From positions 62,001 through 126,000 of the forward strand of contig NIVC01000422.1 in the NCBI GenBank assembly GCA_002269645.1: DNA of 64,000 nt. Direction: 5' to 3'. The notes beneath the pieces are model-generated. The model was not told the DNA's origin, made no database searches, and worked only from the letters and a program-made list of their open reading frames with translations. The translations under genes were made by a program, and so were the position numbers. Numbering within the stretch: position 1 is the first letter of the stretch; each line of letters opens with the position of its first letter. This document shows positions 1 through 20,240 of the stretch, one piece after another. Source of the DNA: Macrostomum lignano (Eukaryota).

Positions 1-25
1 GTGTTTCTTCTCCGTTTCAGCTTCT

Positions 26-945
26 ATGGATTCTGAACAAAAATCTCTTCCGGCTCGGGAGCCGGCAACTCCCGCGGCCGGGGGTCCGAAAATCCCCCAA
101 CCCTCCAGCTCGGAGGTATTTCTTCTCTCCGCGAACCCCGCGGTTACTACCCTAAGTGGGGCTAATTCGACTCCCACTGGTGGAGATTCTGGTGGTGACA
201 CAACCACGTACCGCGACAGCGAGGCTAACGCGGCTCCCAGCACTGTCCGCAAGAGGCAGCAGCCTGAGGACCGCACGCTTACCCCCAGGACCCGAAGCGC
301 TCTAAGGGCAGGGGGACAGCCGGCTCCTATGCCAAGGTGGCTGCTGAGCCCCTCCATAAAATCTGCGTCCGTGCGGCCAGCGGGACGCTGAGTGACGCCC
401 AGATGGAAGGTGCTGTTGCCCTCGTTGACGACTTCCTCTGGGATAACGACCATCTCGGTGTTCAGGTCGAGTCAGTCAGATTCGCCAACGGCAATCTCAT
501 CCTCGCTTTCAAAAGTGAGGTCCATCTGAGCACTGCCTTAGCCAACCTGCCCAGCATCGACTGGAGTACCTCCACGGCACAGCTCCCGGAGCTGGTCGTT
601 GAGAAGGCCCGTCCTCCGCCTCCATGTAAGAGGTATAGGGCCTTCTATTCCGGGCACAGGACGATCGAGGAGATCCGTGGTCGTCTTGTCGCCAAGCACC
701 CCGAGTTGCCGGCGGACGGCCTCCGGGCCTACAAGGAGGTGCCGGCCAAGGACGGCAACGGGAAGACCCTCTACATGGGCCTCTCCGCTGATTGGGAGCG
801 CCACATGCAAGGCAAAGACCACGCCGCCTACGTTGGGGCATGGAAGTTAGTCTTCCACCTCATCCCTAGGAAGAAGCGCAACGCCGGCGGTGAGCAGCGC
901 CGAGACGATCCCGAGAGCCCGGATAGCTCTGAGGGCGAGACTTAA
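26..945 (+). CDS. LINE ORF1 (gag-like), split by an apparent 1-nt deletion in a C-run at 282-286
   Basis: ORFs 26..391 and 337..945 join into [19 protein letters not shown]...GSYAKVAAE if one C is added. The SYA..A motif and the following segment align with ORF1 of the second LINE (ASYADAAKR...VDGLLW, ~37970-38090). Confidence 0.7.
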
Positions 946-962
946 GCTGTTCTCGACCCGCC

Positions 963-3900
963 ATGCCCAGATCTTCAATGATGAGGCGTGACCGTCTGAG
1001 GACCAACCCGGCGGGTGGGTCCAATGACGATTTCACCACACTCACGCAAAACAGTGATCATAACCTGCACATCGTGCAGATTAATCTGCACCACGCGGTC
1101 GCAGCCTCCAGCAGCCTCACCGACACCCTCGATGGCACCGGTGTTGACATCTACCTCATCCAGGAGCCTTACACCGTGAGAGGTAAGCCCACCCTGCTGC
1201 CGAAAGGCTACCAGATCCTCTTCCTCTCTGGAGGGGAAACCCCTAGGGCCATTGCTCTGGTCAAGTACGAGCTCGCAGCCATGCTCATGCCGATGTTTTG
1301 CAATAAAGACATCTGTACCTTCACCGTGAACGGGATGATTTTCTCATCCGTGTACATGGACATTCAGGATGAACTTCCGTCACCCCTCCTGCAGGATCTC
1401 GCAAACTATTGTATCATCGAGAACCGGAACTTCATTATTGGTTGCGACGCTAATGCTCACAACACTGCGTGGGCTAGCAGTAACACTAACCTCAGAGGTA
1501 GTATGCTTATTGATTTCATTAACACCTCGAATTTGCATATTTGCAACTTGGGGCGTAAACCCACCTTTGCGAATGCTAGCAGGAAAGAGGTCATTGATCT
1601 CACCCTTGCGTCCAGTAGCATCCTTAATCGGATTCAAAATTGGAGGGTCAGGGACGACATCCCCTCGCTCTCGGACCATTTCTACATCCATTTCAGCGTC
1701 ACAGCTGGCGGCGCTCGCGTCACCAAGGCGAACCGTCCCAATTTAAAAAGGGCGGATTGGACTGGCTTCAGAAGGGACCTTGAGTCTCTGATCAGCAGCG
1801 AACCGGCCGATGACTTGGAAGGCTGCGATGATATTCCGAGCATTGAAGCACGCTGCAACAAACTTGTCGAGCTGCTTAATGCGGCCACGATCAAGAACGC
1901 TCCTCCGATTGTCAGTAGAAAGAAGTACTCACCTTGACCTTGGTGGAACAAGGAGCTCACCCGCTTAAAAAAGGCCTCCCGTCGGCTGCATCGGATTGCC
2001 AACCGGAACAACACCCCAGAAGACTGGGAGAACTACCACTCTGCTTTGAGAATCTACAAGAGTTGCATCCGGAAGGCCAAAAAGGACACCTGGAAGGCCT
2101 TCTGCGCCGGTTTAGAGGGCCAGCATCCTACTGCCCGGCTGGTCAAGTCCCTCAGGCATGACAACCTCGCCCAGTGTAACACCCTCCTCCATTTGGATGG
2201 CAACTATTCCAGAACCGCCGAGGAATCCCTCAATCTGCTTTTCTCAGCTTGTTTCCCCACATGCGAGCATCCTGAGCAAATCGTTGCTGATCACAACCCA
2301 AGAGATCGACAGCTTTTCGAGCAGTGCGCCACCAAGAACTTAATTCAGCTGGCCGCCAACACTTTTAAGCCGTTCAAAGCCCCCGGCATTGACAATATCG
2401 CCCCCTGTGTTCTCCAGGAAGCGGTTAAGCTGCAGAGCTTCTCTGCCTTTTTCTCTAAGCTCATCACCGACTGTTTCACCACTGGGTACATTCCCACTAT
2501 CTGGAGGACCGCTCGGGTGGTCTTCATCCCCAAGCCTGCCAAAGGCGACTATACTAATGTGAAATCTTTCCGCCCCATCAGCCTTACATCCTTCTGCATT
2601 AAGATGATGGAGAGACTCATCTTGTGGAGGCTGCGCGACTGCGAGTTAAGGACGGCACCCATAAGTAAGCACCAATTCGCCTTCCAGCCAGGTAAAACCA
2701 CCGAGCACGCTTTGCATGTTATTACCTCAGCCATTGAGAAAGCTATCCTGAGTAAGCAGATTGCCTGTGGGCTTTTCTGCGATATCGATGGGGCCTTCAA
2801 TAACGTTTTGTTTGGCTCCTTCAGTGACTCCCTTTTGCAGAAAAAGGTCCGACCCAGAATTGTGCGTTGGATCGACTTTATGATCCGGAACAGGAAGGTG
2901 ACTTCCTCCCTCATGGATGCCACCTGCACTCACACGGTTACTAGGGCGGAGCCCAAGGTGGAGTGCTCACCCCGCTGCTCTGGAATCTCGTGATGGACGA
3001 GCTCCTGACGGCTGACGTCCTCAGCAGCATAGTCAAGGCTGGCTACGCTGATGATGTCGCTGCTATTGTCAGTGGCCCTGACACCAGTACCCTCCGAAGC
3101 TTAATGCAGCAGTTCGCCGATAAGGCGCAAGCCTGGGCTACCCGGCACGGCTTAACCATTAGCACCGCTAAGACGGTGTCCATTATCTTCACCAGGAAGC
3201 GGAAGTGGAGCATGCGGAACCTCACCATCTACGGTAAGGACATACCCTTAGTCAAGGAAACTAAGTATCTAGGTGTGACGCTCACCCACGATCTGCGTTG
3301 GACCAAGCACGCTGACAATGTCATCGGGCGCGCCAGGCGCTGCTTTGCGCAGGTGAGGAGAGCCATTGGGCCTACTTGGGGTCTTTCTCCCAAGACGGTC
3401 AGATGGATTTACACCGGCATCGTTCGGCCCAGTATCACCTACGCGTGTGTTATCTGGTCCAGTGCGTTGGAGTTGAAGACTGTACGGGACCGGTTGTACC
3501 AGCTGCAGGGTAACATCTGCCGAGCCATCACCGGTGCGTATCCATCCACCCCTTACGAGGGGCTCAACACCATCCTCAGCATGCCTCCGCTGCATTTGTT
3601 CATTAGAGCTGAGGCGATGAAGGGCGCCGCGCGTCTCATCTGTGATAAATTTATTGCTAACACGCCCTCGGGCTTCATGCCTGAGAAGACTCTTTTCCCA
3701 CATCTGGACTATATCCGTCGCGATCTTCAACGCATCCACCTCAATTTAGACGAGGTGGACTGCAGATCCCCCACTCTCATCCTCAGGAGGGGCTTCAAGT
3801 GTACTCTTCCACCGAGAGGGAGTCACCCGCTGGACGTGGGCATCAACCGGAGAAGCCAGGGTATTCACTGCTTCACTGACGGATCCCTGCGTGACGGTCT

Positions 3901-4762
3901 CGCTGGTGCGGGCATTGCCATTTTCCACAAGGGTGAAGCGATCTTACAAGAGAGTCTTCATCTTGGTGAGAATGTCTCGGTTTTTCAATCCGAAGTTGTA
4001 GCTATCAACCAGTGCGCTGAGCATTTGCACAAAGCTGGCATCAGCAGCTTTGACATTTATTTTTACTCTGACAGCCAGGCCGCTATTAAGGCCTTGTCTT
4101 CTATCAAGCTCTCAACCAAGTCAGTCTCAGACTGCCTCAAAAGCTTGCAGACCCTAGCGATTCTCAACAGGATCAATGTTATCTGGACACCAGGCCATAG
4201 CAACATCCTCGGCAACGAGCTTGTGGATCAGCTTGCCAAGCGGGGTTGCACCCCTGATGGAGCGCAACGCTCAGTCAAGTTACCTTCTCCGAAGTCATCA
4301 ATCAACCGCGCCATTCAAGATTGGCTGAACCGCCAGCATCAGACTCACTGGGACAGCTGCTCCAAATACCGGCAAGCACGAAAGGCTATGCCTGCCATTA
4401 ACCGGAAAGTATCCGAATATCTAATCTCCTTAAGTAAAACTGACCTGAGGGAGATGTGCATGGTCATTACTGGCCATGGCTTTTTCCAGAGACATATTTC
4501 ACTGCAAAGTGGCTGCTCCCCTATCTGCCCATTCTGTGATTTAGAGGAGGAAACCTCGACGCACCACGTCACTTTCTGCCCGCACTTCAACGAGGCGCGG
4601 AGGCGTCACCTCGGTCACCCGCTAAGGCTTGACGAGCTCACCACTCCGGACCGTATCCGTGATCTACGTGCATTCGTTCGGGATTCTGGGCGGATGAAAA
4701 TCGCAGACGCCACTCTCGCGAGCTCTTCTGCCGGCGAGGGGTGGGCGCAGCCCCAAGGCTAA
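963..4762 (+). CDS. LINE ORF2 (endonuclease-reverse transcriptase-RNase H), one in-frame TGA (1935-1937) and one -1 frameshift (~2945-2955)
   Basis: After the TGA the same frame continues [12 protein letters not shown]...[11 protein letters not shown]. The RT [13 protein letters not shown] motif is restored by one added base. Confidence 0.9.
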
Positions 4763-4864
4763 CGCCTTTCTGTTTCTGTTTAGCTTGGGGTTGCGATAGG
4801 GGCCTCGCGGCCTGTTCGCGGCGCTCTGCCCCCCGTCGGTAGTAAGTAAGTAAGTAAGTAAACT

Positions 4865-5125
4865 AATGAATATTTCAATGCATATCGGCTGTATTATCTT
4901 TAATAGGCTATTAGGAGCTAAGTAATGATTTCGATACATATCGGCTGTAGTATTTTAAAAAGGCTATTAGTAGCTAACTAATGAATATTTCGATATATAT
5001 CCACTGTAGTATTTTAATAGGCTATAAGCTGCTAACTTATACAAATTTCGATACATATCGGCTGTAATATTTTAATAAGATATTTGTAGCTAAATAATGA
5101 TTATTTCGATATATATCGGCTGAAT
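4865..5125. repeat. Degenerate tandem repeat with palindromic core TTTCGATACATATCGG
   Basis: Recurrent cgatacatatcgg units; the same motif recurs at 5960-6460. Confidence 0.7.
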
Positions 5126-5222
5126 TGTTTAGTAGCCTGCCAGAAGATGTTTCAACACATACCGTTAGCTTCTAATTCCAACTCAGCATTTAACCTACAG
5201 CAAAAAAATCGCACAAACTCAC

Positions 5223-6871
5223 AGCGTCTTTAAACAACGCAGATAGTTGTTTCAAATTTTCGTATCCAGTACCGCTAGACGACCGACTGGGCACGAATCG
5301 GTCCAGGCTGCAGTGCCACGAGTGACAGCACAGAGTTTCAGTCGGCCTCTCCTCGCTGCCGCTATCGGGACTAACAACAGCCGATTGCCAAACAGCGCAA
5401 TGACACAATACTAACTGACCAGTTCGCACTACTTTCAGTAGAATTCTAGGAGCAGCCGATCCAAATTCGCTCTGTCTGGTTAAATGATAAATATATTGGA
5501 TAGAGTAGGAAACAGGTTCAGCACTGGTCGAAGATTCATGGTTAGTAAACTCGGCCGGCAGAAGATACCGAGTCAGTACTCGGTTAGCGGCAGCAGCGGA
5601 TTCTGGACCCGCGGGTTCGAATCCTGAAGAGAGCAAATCTTGATGAGCCTGACCAGTTGCCGGGTCAATAGACAAGAATCCTGTCTCCACCATGAGACAG
5701 TGGGCGGCTAGAGTGAATCGAAGCAATTGGCTACTTATAGTAGTAGCCCCGCTATTAGTAGTGTTGGTGTACAATCTTTGCATCAAGTGCAGCGACGGGC
5801 ACAACTGAACAGAACGATTGGGCACTTCTCCGACTAAAATTGGTACAGCGGCTGTTGAGTCTGTTGGCGTAGTCTTGCTAGAAGTTGGCGCAGTTGATTT
5901 GGCTGAATTACTTGGTGACGGCTGTGCACCTGTTGTGGCTTTAAATAATAGAGTGCAAAGTTTACTTTCGATACATATCGGTTAGCATAATAACCGTCCT
6001 TCAATACATATCGGATAATATAATAACAGTCACGTTCAGATACATATCGGCGAATATAACCAGGTTTTTGAAACATATCAAATATCAAATAGCATAAAGA
6101 CTGTTTGTTGATACATATCGGAGAGCATGAAAAACTCTTTTTTCGATACATATCGGATATTTAAAAAAATAGTTTTTCGATACATATCGGATATTTTAAA
6201 AAACAGTTTTTCGATACATATCGGATATTTTAAAAAAACATTTTTTCGATACATATCGGAAAGCATGAAAAACTTTCTTCGATACATATCGGATGGTTAA
6301 AAACATTTTTTCGATACATATCGGATAGCATGAAATTTTTTTCGATACATATGGAATAGTTTAAAAAACATTTTCTTCGATGCATATCGGAACGTAAAAA
6401 AACAGTTTTTTCGATACATATCGGATATTATATAAAAACAGTTCTTCGATACGTATCGGTCAGTCATCTTCTAGAGCAACTGATGAAAGTGCATACTTGC
6501 TAATAAAAATATCTATGATTACTACTGACTTGACACCTTCAGTAGTTTAAAGAAAAAAAAACAATTGATACATATCGGCCGGCCAACCTACCAGAAACTG
6601 TAGTACCAGAAGAGGAGCGCACGTAGATCAGATCGCCGGGCACTAGACCTAAACTCCTGACACTAGTACTGTCAGGCGTGGAGTCAGCAGGAGCTGACAA
6701 TGGGTCTCGGCCATTCTGGCTCAATTGAATAGAATCGGCAGCTACGCCATATGCGGCTGCCACTGCGCTAATCAGACGACTTAGAGTAGCATTATCGGAC
6801 AGTTCAACCGTTTGAGCACCGCCACCAGGAGGACTGGTGGGTCCGCCTTGTAGTTTGCAGCGAAGCTTCAT
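5223..6871 (-). CDS. FBXO7: F-box only protein 7-like, exons 1-2 (Ubl + FP/PI31 domain); gene continues past the window start
   Basis: Exon 6871..6592 is an N-terminal Ubl (MKLRCK...SLGLVPGDLIYV). Exon 5929..5223 is FP-like (AHCLMVETGF, YSIQY, YENLKQLSALFKD). GT-AG junctions are phase-compatible. The F-box is not in the window. Confidence 0.75.
5960..6460. repeat. Intronic tandem repeat (~30 bp units, core TTCGATACATATCGG)
   Basis: About 15 visible units in FBXO7 intron 1. Confidence 0.8.
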
Positions 6872-7639
6872 GAGCTATAAAATGTTAAAAAAACAGCTTG
6901 AAAAATACAAAAAATGAATTTTTCGACAAAACGCCAACTATTCTACTTATGAACTACTTTTAAGTAGTTTAGATACAAAAAAAAGAAATGAATATAACTC
7001 AGATTTAAGTACTATAGTAGGGCGTTATAAATTACAAAAAATTATAATTTTTTTATTAAAAATGCAAATAAAGATTTAAACGTTTTTTTTCAAGAAAAAT
7101 GTTCGCTACATAACAAAGATTATAATCGAATTATTGCTTGGAGCCAAAAATCTTTACCAATAAGCGTGACCAATCTCAGTTAAGGGTAAAAAAATATTCG
7201 TTACAATATTAAAGCTTTTGAAGGCAACTAATAAAAACAAAATAATCGTTGTGAAATCTTAAAATTCTGAACTAAAAGTACACCTTTAAACATTAAAAGC
7301 ACATATAGATAGATTTAAAGGTTTTTAACGATAAGATAATATAAAATCATGACCAGATTATTTAGCCACTAATACAACTTAGAATAGCGCGTTTGTATGC
7401 AAAATTCAAATCCAAGCAAAAATGTAAAACAAAAATTGTTTAAACGTATTGCAATGGTAGCACAGCATTTGAATTTATTGCACGAGCTGAGTGTTTTAAA
7501 AAAACACTCATTGCTTCGTAATCGTAGCTGTACTTTTATTGATCGCATAGAAAGCTAAACGAGGGTACGGAAAAGACCTGGAAGAGAACCTCTAATTATT
7601 TGCTAGGTCTTTAAGAGGCCACCAATCAGGGGATCACAG

Positions 7640-8100
7640 ACGCTTAACTCGGGTGTCAGAAATGGCCTAATGTGAATGTCAGGAGTGGCCTAATTTGAGT
7701 TTCAGAAGTCGCCTAGTTGGGGTGTCAGAAGTCACCTAATTTGGGTGTCAGACATTGCCTAATTCGGTCGGGTGTTAGAAGTCGTCTAATTTGAGTGTCA
7801 GAAGTTGCCTATATTAGGTGTCAGAAATGGCCTAATTTGCGTGCCAGACTTTGCCTAATTAGGGTGTCAGAAGTCCCCTGATTTGGGTGTAAGAATTTGT
7901 CTAATTTGGGTGTCAGAAGTTGTCGAATTTGGGTGTCAGAATTTTTCTAATTCGAGTATCAGACTTTGCCTAATTTGGGTGTCAGAAGTCGCCTCTATTA
8001 GCTATCAGAAATGGCCTAATTTGAGTGTCAGGAGTAGTCTAATTTGCGTGCCAGACTTTGCCTAATTAAGGTGTCAGAAGTCGCCTAATTGGGGTGTCAA
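7640..8100. repeat. Degenerate ~23-bp minisatellite (CTAATTTGGGTGTCAGAAGTCGC)
   Basis: Directly visible tandem units. Confidence 0.85.
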
Positions 8101-8252
8101 CTATCGCTTAATTATATAGGTTTCCAATAGCTTTAATTAGTGGAAAGGGGCAAAAAACAAGGGGTTAGCAACAGTTTAGACAATAACCAGCAACAGACAC
8201 TGACTAGATACCATAATAATTGAGATACAGATCATGAGGATTAAGAGAATAG

Positions 8253-8737
8253 TCACTGCAGCATAGACCGATGCCGATAAACCCTGTCTCTTTGAGCCGC
8301 CACAGATTTCGACCACTCGGCTTGTTTAGCCCGAGCCCTGGTTACCACCGCGTCGCTAGCTGTCCGGATTCGAACTCCCGACCAATCGCCAACCGAAGCT
8401 CCCTCGTCTGAATGGCCGGTATCAGCATCCTCTCTAGGGAAGGCCTGCTCATCCTCGGCTCCGACAACTCCGTCAGGGTGTCGGCAGCAGATCAGCTGGT
8501 AAATGTCCGACAGCCAAGCGCGACACGTCCGGCCGGTTTGGTCGCGAGCGCCGCGGCTGCTCCACAGCAGGAACAGCAGCAGCATGTAGAGGCACAGGCA
8601 GCCAATGGTTAACAGTAGGGAGATTATCACCACCTGCAGCAGTTGGTTTATGAGTACAAGGGGATACACTTAAAAATGAAAATAGTCTATATTAGTACAC
8701 AAAATGACAGATTGTAGATAGATAGAAAGACAGACAC

Positions 8738-8786
<49 letters not shown>

Positions 8787-8823
8787 AAGGCAGACAGACA
8801 GACAGACAGACGCACAGACAGAC

Positions 8824-8868
<45 letters not shown>

Positions 8869-8875
8869 GACACAG

Positions 8876-8926
<51 letters not shown>

Positions 8927-8939
8927 CACAAACAGACAG

Positions 8940-8990
<51 letters not shown>

Positions 8991-9091
8991 CACAGACAGA
9001 CGGACAGACACACAAACAGATAGACAGACAGACAGACAGAAAGACAGACACACAGACAGACAGACAGACAGACAGACAGAAAGACAGACAG

Positions 9092-9136
<45 letters not shown>

Positions 9137-9147
9137 AAGACAGACAG

Positions 9148-9188
<41 letters not shown>

Positions 9189-9199
9189 AAGACAGACAG

Positions 9200-9244
<45 letters not shown>

Positions 9245-9664
9245 AAGACAGACAGACACACAGACAGACAGACAGATTCAGACAAACAGCCTCACCTTCT
9301 GCACAGCGGAATTCCTGCTCTCAGCCTGGCATTTGCACCGTCTGCAATATTCGGCGAGTTGAGCGGCAGCCGAGGCGGCGGAGGCGGAGGCGGCCGAAGC
9401 GGTCACGGTGGCTTCGCAGCCGCATTTCTCGCCGGGTCGGACCTGAGCAACCCAGACTCGACGCTTCTGAGGCTGAGTGGCAGCTGCGGAGTCCTTGACA
9501 GCTGCGGCGGCCGTGGGAGCAGCAGCAGTAGGAGCAGCGGGGAAGCCTCGCGGACAGACGCATTTGCAGCGAGTGTCGGCAAAATCTTCCAAAAAGAAAC
9601 TCTCCGAGCTGCCGTCTACTAGGAGAGGAAGAAAGCAGAAAGCGAGTAGAAGAAGCGGAGCCAT
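8253..9664 (-). CDS. TMEM9: TMEM9/TMEM9B family membrane protein, 2 coding exons (9664..9296, 8633..8253)
   Basis: Signal peptide, [22 protein letters not shown], one TM helix and a C-terminal [22 protein letters not shown] matching the family tail. Phase-0 GT-AG intron. Confidence 0.9.
8715..9285. repeat. (GACA)n microsatellite filling the TMEM9 intron
   Basis: Direct reading. Confidence 0.97.
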
Positions 9665-9774
9665 TTTTAAATGACTGAAAGATTATTAAAGGTTGACTGA
9701 AAAAAACGTTTAATATAGAAAAAATATAAGTTAAAAAAAAAGCCAAACATTTATTTGTCTGACCGCGTGTGTAC

Positions 9775-9900
9775 ACTTTTGCCGGTCCTGTCTACCTGTC
9801 CTAGTGTCTGTCTGTCTGTCTGTCTGCCGGTCCTAGTGTCTGTCTGTCTGTCTGTCTGTCTGCCTGTCCTAGTTTCTGTCTGTCTGTCTGCCTGTCCTAG

Positions 9901-9934
<34 letters not shown>

Positions 9935-10004
9935 CCTGTCCTACTGTCTGTCTGTCTGTCTGTCTGCCTGTCCTAGTTTCTGTCTGTCTGTCTGCCTGTC
10001 CTAG

Positions 10005-10059
<55 letters not shown>

Positions 10060-10300
10060 TTGTTTGTTTGTCTGTCTGTCTGTCTGTCTACCTGTCCTAG
10101 TGTCTGCATACCTGTCCTAGTGTCTGTCTGTCTTTCTGCCTGTCCTAGTGTCTGTCTACCTGTCCTAGTGTGTGTCTGTCTGTCTGTCTGTCTACCTGTC
10201 CTAGTGTCTGTCTGTCTGTCTTCCTGTCATAATGTCTGTCTGTCTACCTATCCTAGTGTCTGTTTAGTGTCTGTCCTGCTGTGTCCTATTTGTCTGTCTT
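9775..10300. repeat. (TGTC)n microsatellite with CCTAG interruptions
   Basis: Direct reading. Confidence 0.95.
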
Positions 10301-10559
10301 TCTGCCTTATTAGACACACAGTTGCATACAATCAATCAAATTTAACTACAAAGCAACAAATAAAAGAAAACTATAGATTAATTTTAAGAACTATAACTTA
10401 GAGCACTAACTAAATGTAAGTTCTCAACACTAAAAAACATCTACTCTACACCAACGTCAATTATAAACTAAACAAAATTATGCGAAGATTTACTTTTGTA
10501 ATTAAAAGAAAAACAATAATGATGCACGCAGAGAGACAGTAAAAATTAATCAATAATTT

Positions 10560-10986
10560 GCTAGCAGGATATTCGCAGGATGGTAGTGGACACCCTGGCG
10601 AAATACCTTCGGTGACATAGTCTTAAAACCACCCAGTCCCTTGACTTTTGAGCACATACCAACGCGCCAATAACGTACACAGACACGCACTCACGCACAC
10701 GCTCACACAGGGTGTACAGCGGCTCTGGCTTTCTAACCGTCTGGCATGTACACTTTCTGTGCCTTGGGGGTGTGGCGTTATCGGCAAAGGGGAGGGGGGG
10801 GTCTGCGCCGTTGGCACACAAGCGCGCGGATACGTACGCAGTCATACGCACAGGCACACACTCACACAGGAGTGTACAGTGTACACTTCACTGCACTGCA
10901 AATTAATGTTGACTGCACTTGGAATCGAGCCTGGGCCGCTGGCACATCAGAGGGCCGCGCTGGACCACTGGGTTACGCCCCCCCCC
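10560..10986 (-). mobile_element. tRNA-derived SINE
   Basis: Minus-strand head GGGGGGCGTAACCCAGTGGTCCAGCGCGG...GGCTCGATTCC carries Pol III A-box and B-box-like motifs, followed by a non-tRNA body. The 3' boundary is approximate. Confidence 0.55.
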
Positions 10987-11148
10987 TGACAACTTCAGCT
11001 TAGCATACTATTAAATATACAATAATGAAATTGCCTAAACACAGAAATTCAAAAATATCGATTCGCATTGTTATTAAACAAAACCACTGAGAAAGAACTA
11101 ATTGATTGGAAAATGTCTTTCAAGTAATCAATTGAATAAAAAAGCAAA

Positions 11149-18220
<7,072 letters not shown>

Positions 18221-18479
18221 CAACGATTAGATAATTTCGAAAAGAAAAATCTATTCATCTTTAAAGAAATCTTTTCTTCAGTAGAATCCAAATGTACTAT
18301 CACCTGTACACCTGAACCATGCAGAAAAATTAAAGCGAAATTTTTAATTTCATCAAAGTGTACTCAAACAGACATATAACACCTTTACTAATGCACTGTC
18401 CGCTTCAGCCCGTGAAGCCTCTCTATCCGACCCTCGGGTCCTTTGAAACTTCACAATAGCAATTCGGACCGCTCAATGT

Positions 18480-19010
18480 TTATGTTTCTTCTTAGCTTTC
18501 TTGTATTTTTCCGTTTTTTCTTTCTTATCTTACTTCCTTCCTCTCCTCTCCCCCTCCACTATCTCCCTCCTCTCATCTCTGCATTCTCACCTCTTTTCCA
18601 CTCTCCTGGGTATCTCCACTCTCTTCCCTTTCCTCTCTCCCCTCTCGTCTTTTTTCATCTCTCATCTCTAATCTCCCCTTTTATTTCTCGTCTCCCCTCT
18701 ACTCTATTTCACCTCATTCTCGTCCTCTCCCATCTTTTCTCTCCCATCTTCTCTCTCACCTCCCGTCCCCTCTTCTCTCTCTCATCTCGTCTCCCCTATC
18801 CTCTCTCACCTCATCTAACCTCTCCTCTATCTCACCTTCTCTCCCCTCTCCTCTCTTATCTCTCGCTTCTCCTCTTATCTTATCTCTAGTCTCTCCTTTC
18901 CTCTCATCTCTCCCCTCGCTCACCTACTTTCTCCTCTTATCTCCTATCTTCCCTTGCTCCTCTCCTGTCCTTTCCCCTTTCTCCGATCTTCTCTCTTTCT
19001 CTGGCCAGCA
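18480..19010. repeat. CT-rich low-complexity tract
   Basis: Pyrimidine-rich degenerate (CT)n/(CTC)n. Confidence 0.85.
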
Positions 19011-20240
19011 GTATTGTTCCAGATTCTACTCCTAGCCTCTAGCCCTTACTCGTAAGTAAAAAAATGAATAAAGAAAGAACCCTGGTCTATGCACTAACTT
19101 GCCTACTGAACACCTAAGCTTATAAACTTGATCAAGGCTACAGAAAATTGAATTAAAAAAGAAAAACCAACAAAAATGAAGTCTTTCTGAATAATAGAAA
19201 TGTTTCATAACACTAAAGCATCATTGATCATTCAATAACACTGCTAATAAATAAATATTAGTAGGCATTAATTTCAACATTATATAGCTATTAATATCGT
19301 GCTAAGTGGTCTGTGCATGAACATATCTGTTTAGGATATAAAAACTGCAGGAACACTGAATATCAAAACTTGTTAACAAGCCGTTAAATATGTAGTGATA
19401 ATTTGCATAGAAGCACGTCTTAAAGTACTAAAATATCAGTATTAATGCTTATAACACAGTACACCAGCTACCGACAATAAGTATAAATAAAGTAAATAAA
19501 GTACACCGATTTTTATAATATAAACACACATAACGTTGATTAGATAAAGTTTTTTAATTTTACTGCCAGAGAACAGTTTCACGCAATCAAAAATGATTAG
19601 AGGGGAAAAACATCTATAAACTACTATCGCCATGACCAGACAGAGAAAAATGAATTAAAGACATAAATCAGTGCTCATTTGGTTTTATTGTAAGAAAACT
19701 GAAAAGCAAAAAAAACGTTTGCAAGCTGTTTGAGTTTTTTGAAGATCTGTAAATTAAAATTATATAACTGACTAGATTAACGAATTGCACTGCAAAGAGA
19801 CACCTATTAGTAAAACAAAAAGCAACGTGTTGTAAACTTACAATGGAAAATATTAAACAAATGACTATTTATATGCTTAACTCTGGAATACAATACATAG
19901 AAGATAAAATTAAATTATTTCAATTTTCTATTCAACTAAACAACGTAATAAGTTCACAGATTAGTAAAAATGACTCAAAAACCGATTAATCTCATAAGAT
20001 AACAAGACGTAATTGCTGTCAGCTGTAATTACTGTCAGGTGTAATTGCTGTCAGGTGTAATTGCTGTCAGGTGTAATTTCGGTCAGTTCATTAGGCTGTT
20101 TAATTTAAGAAGAATGAAGCAAATATTTTAAAGAATTTTATAATTTTAAATTGTAAAAATCATCAATCCTACTTAAAGTAGCATACTTAATATGAGTAGT
20201 AAGCAGGAGGCATAATAACACATTTTGACGTAAATCAAAA

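Larger units (their letters stand above)
1..4860 (+). mobile_element. Near full-length non-LTR retrotransposon (LINE) with ORF1 plus APE-RT-RNase H-CCHC ORF2 and (TAAG)n tail; LOA/I-group-like
   Basis: APE motifs ([29 protein letters not shown]), RT motifs ([37 protein letters not shown]), RNase H (CFTDGS, FQSEV, YSDSQAA, WTPGH, GNELVD) and C-terminal CPFC..H..C. 3' tail gtaagtaagtaagtaagtaa at ~4840-4860. Clade assignment is inferred from domain order and tail. Confidence 0.93.

Noticed and set aside
1935-1937. In-frame TGA in LINE ORF2 as selenocysteine
   Set aside because: No SECIS-like AUGA..AA..GA stem in the short 3'UTR, and the site is a non-catalytic linker.
8670-10401. Long ORFs such as SVCLSVCL and DRQTDRQT
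   Set aside because: Translations of (GACA)n/(TGTC)n microsatellites lying in an intron or intergenic space.
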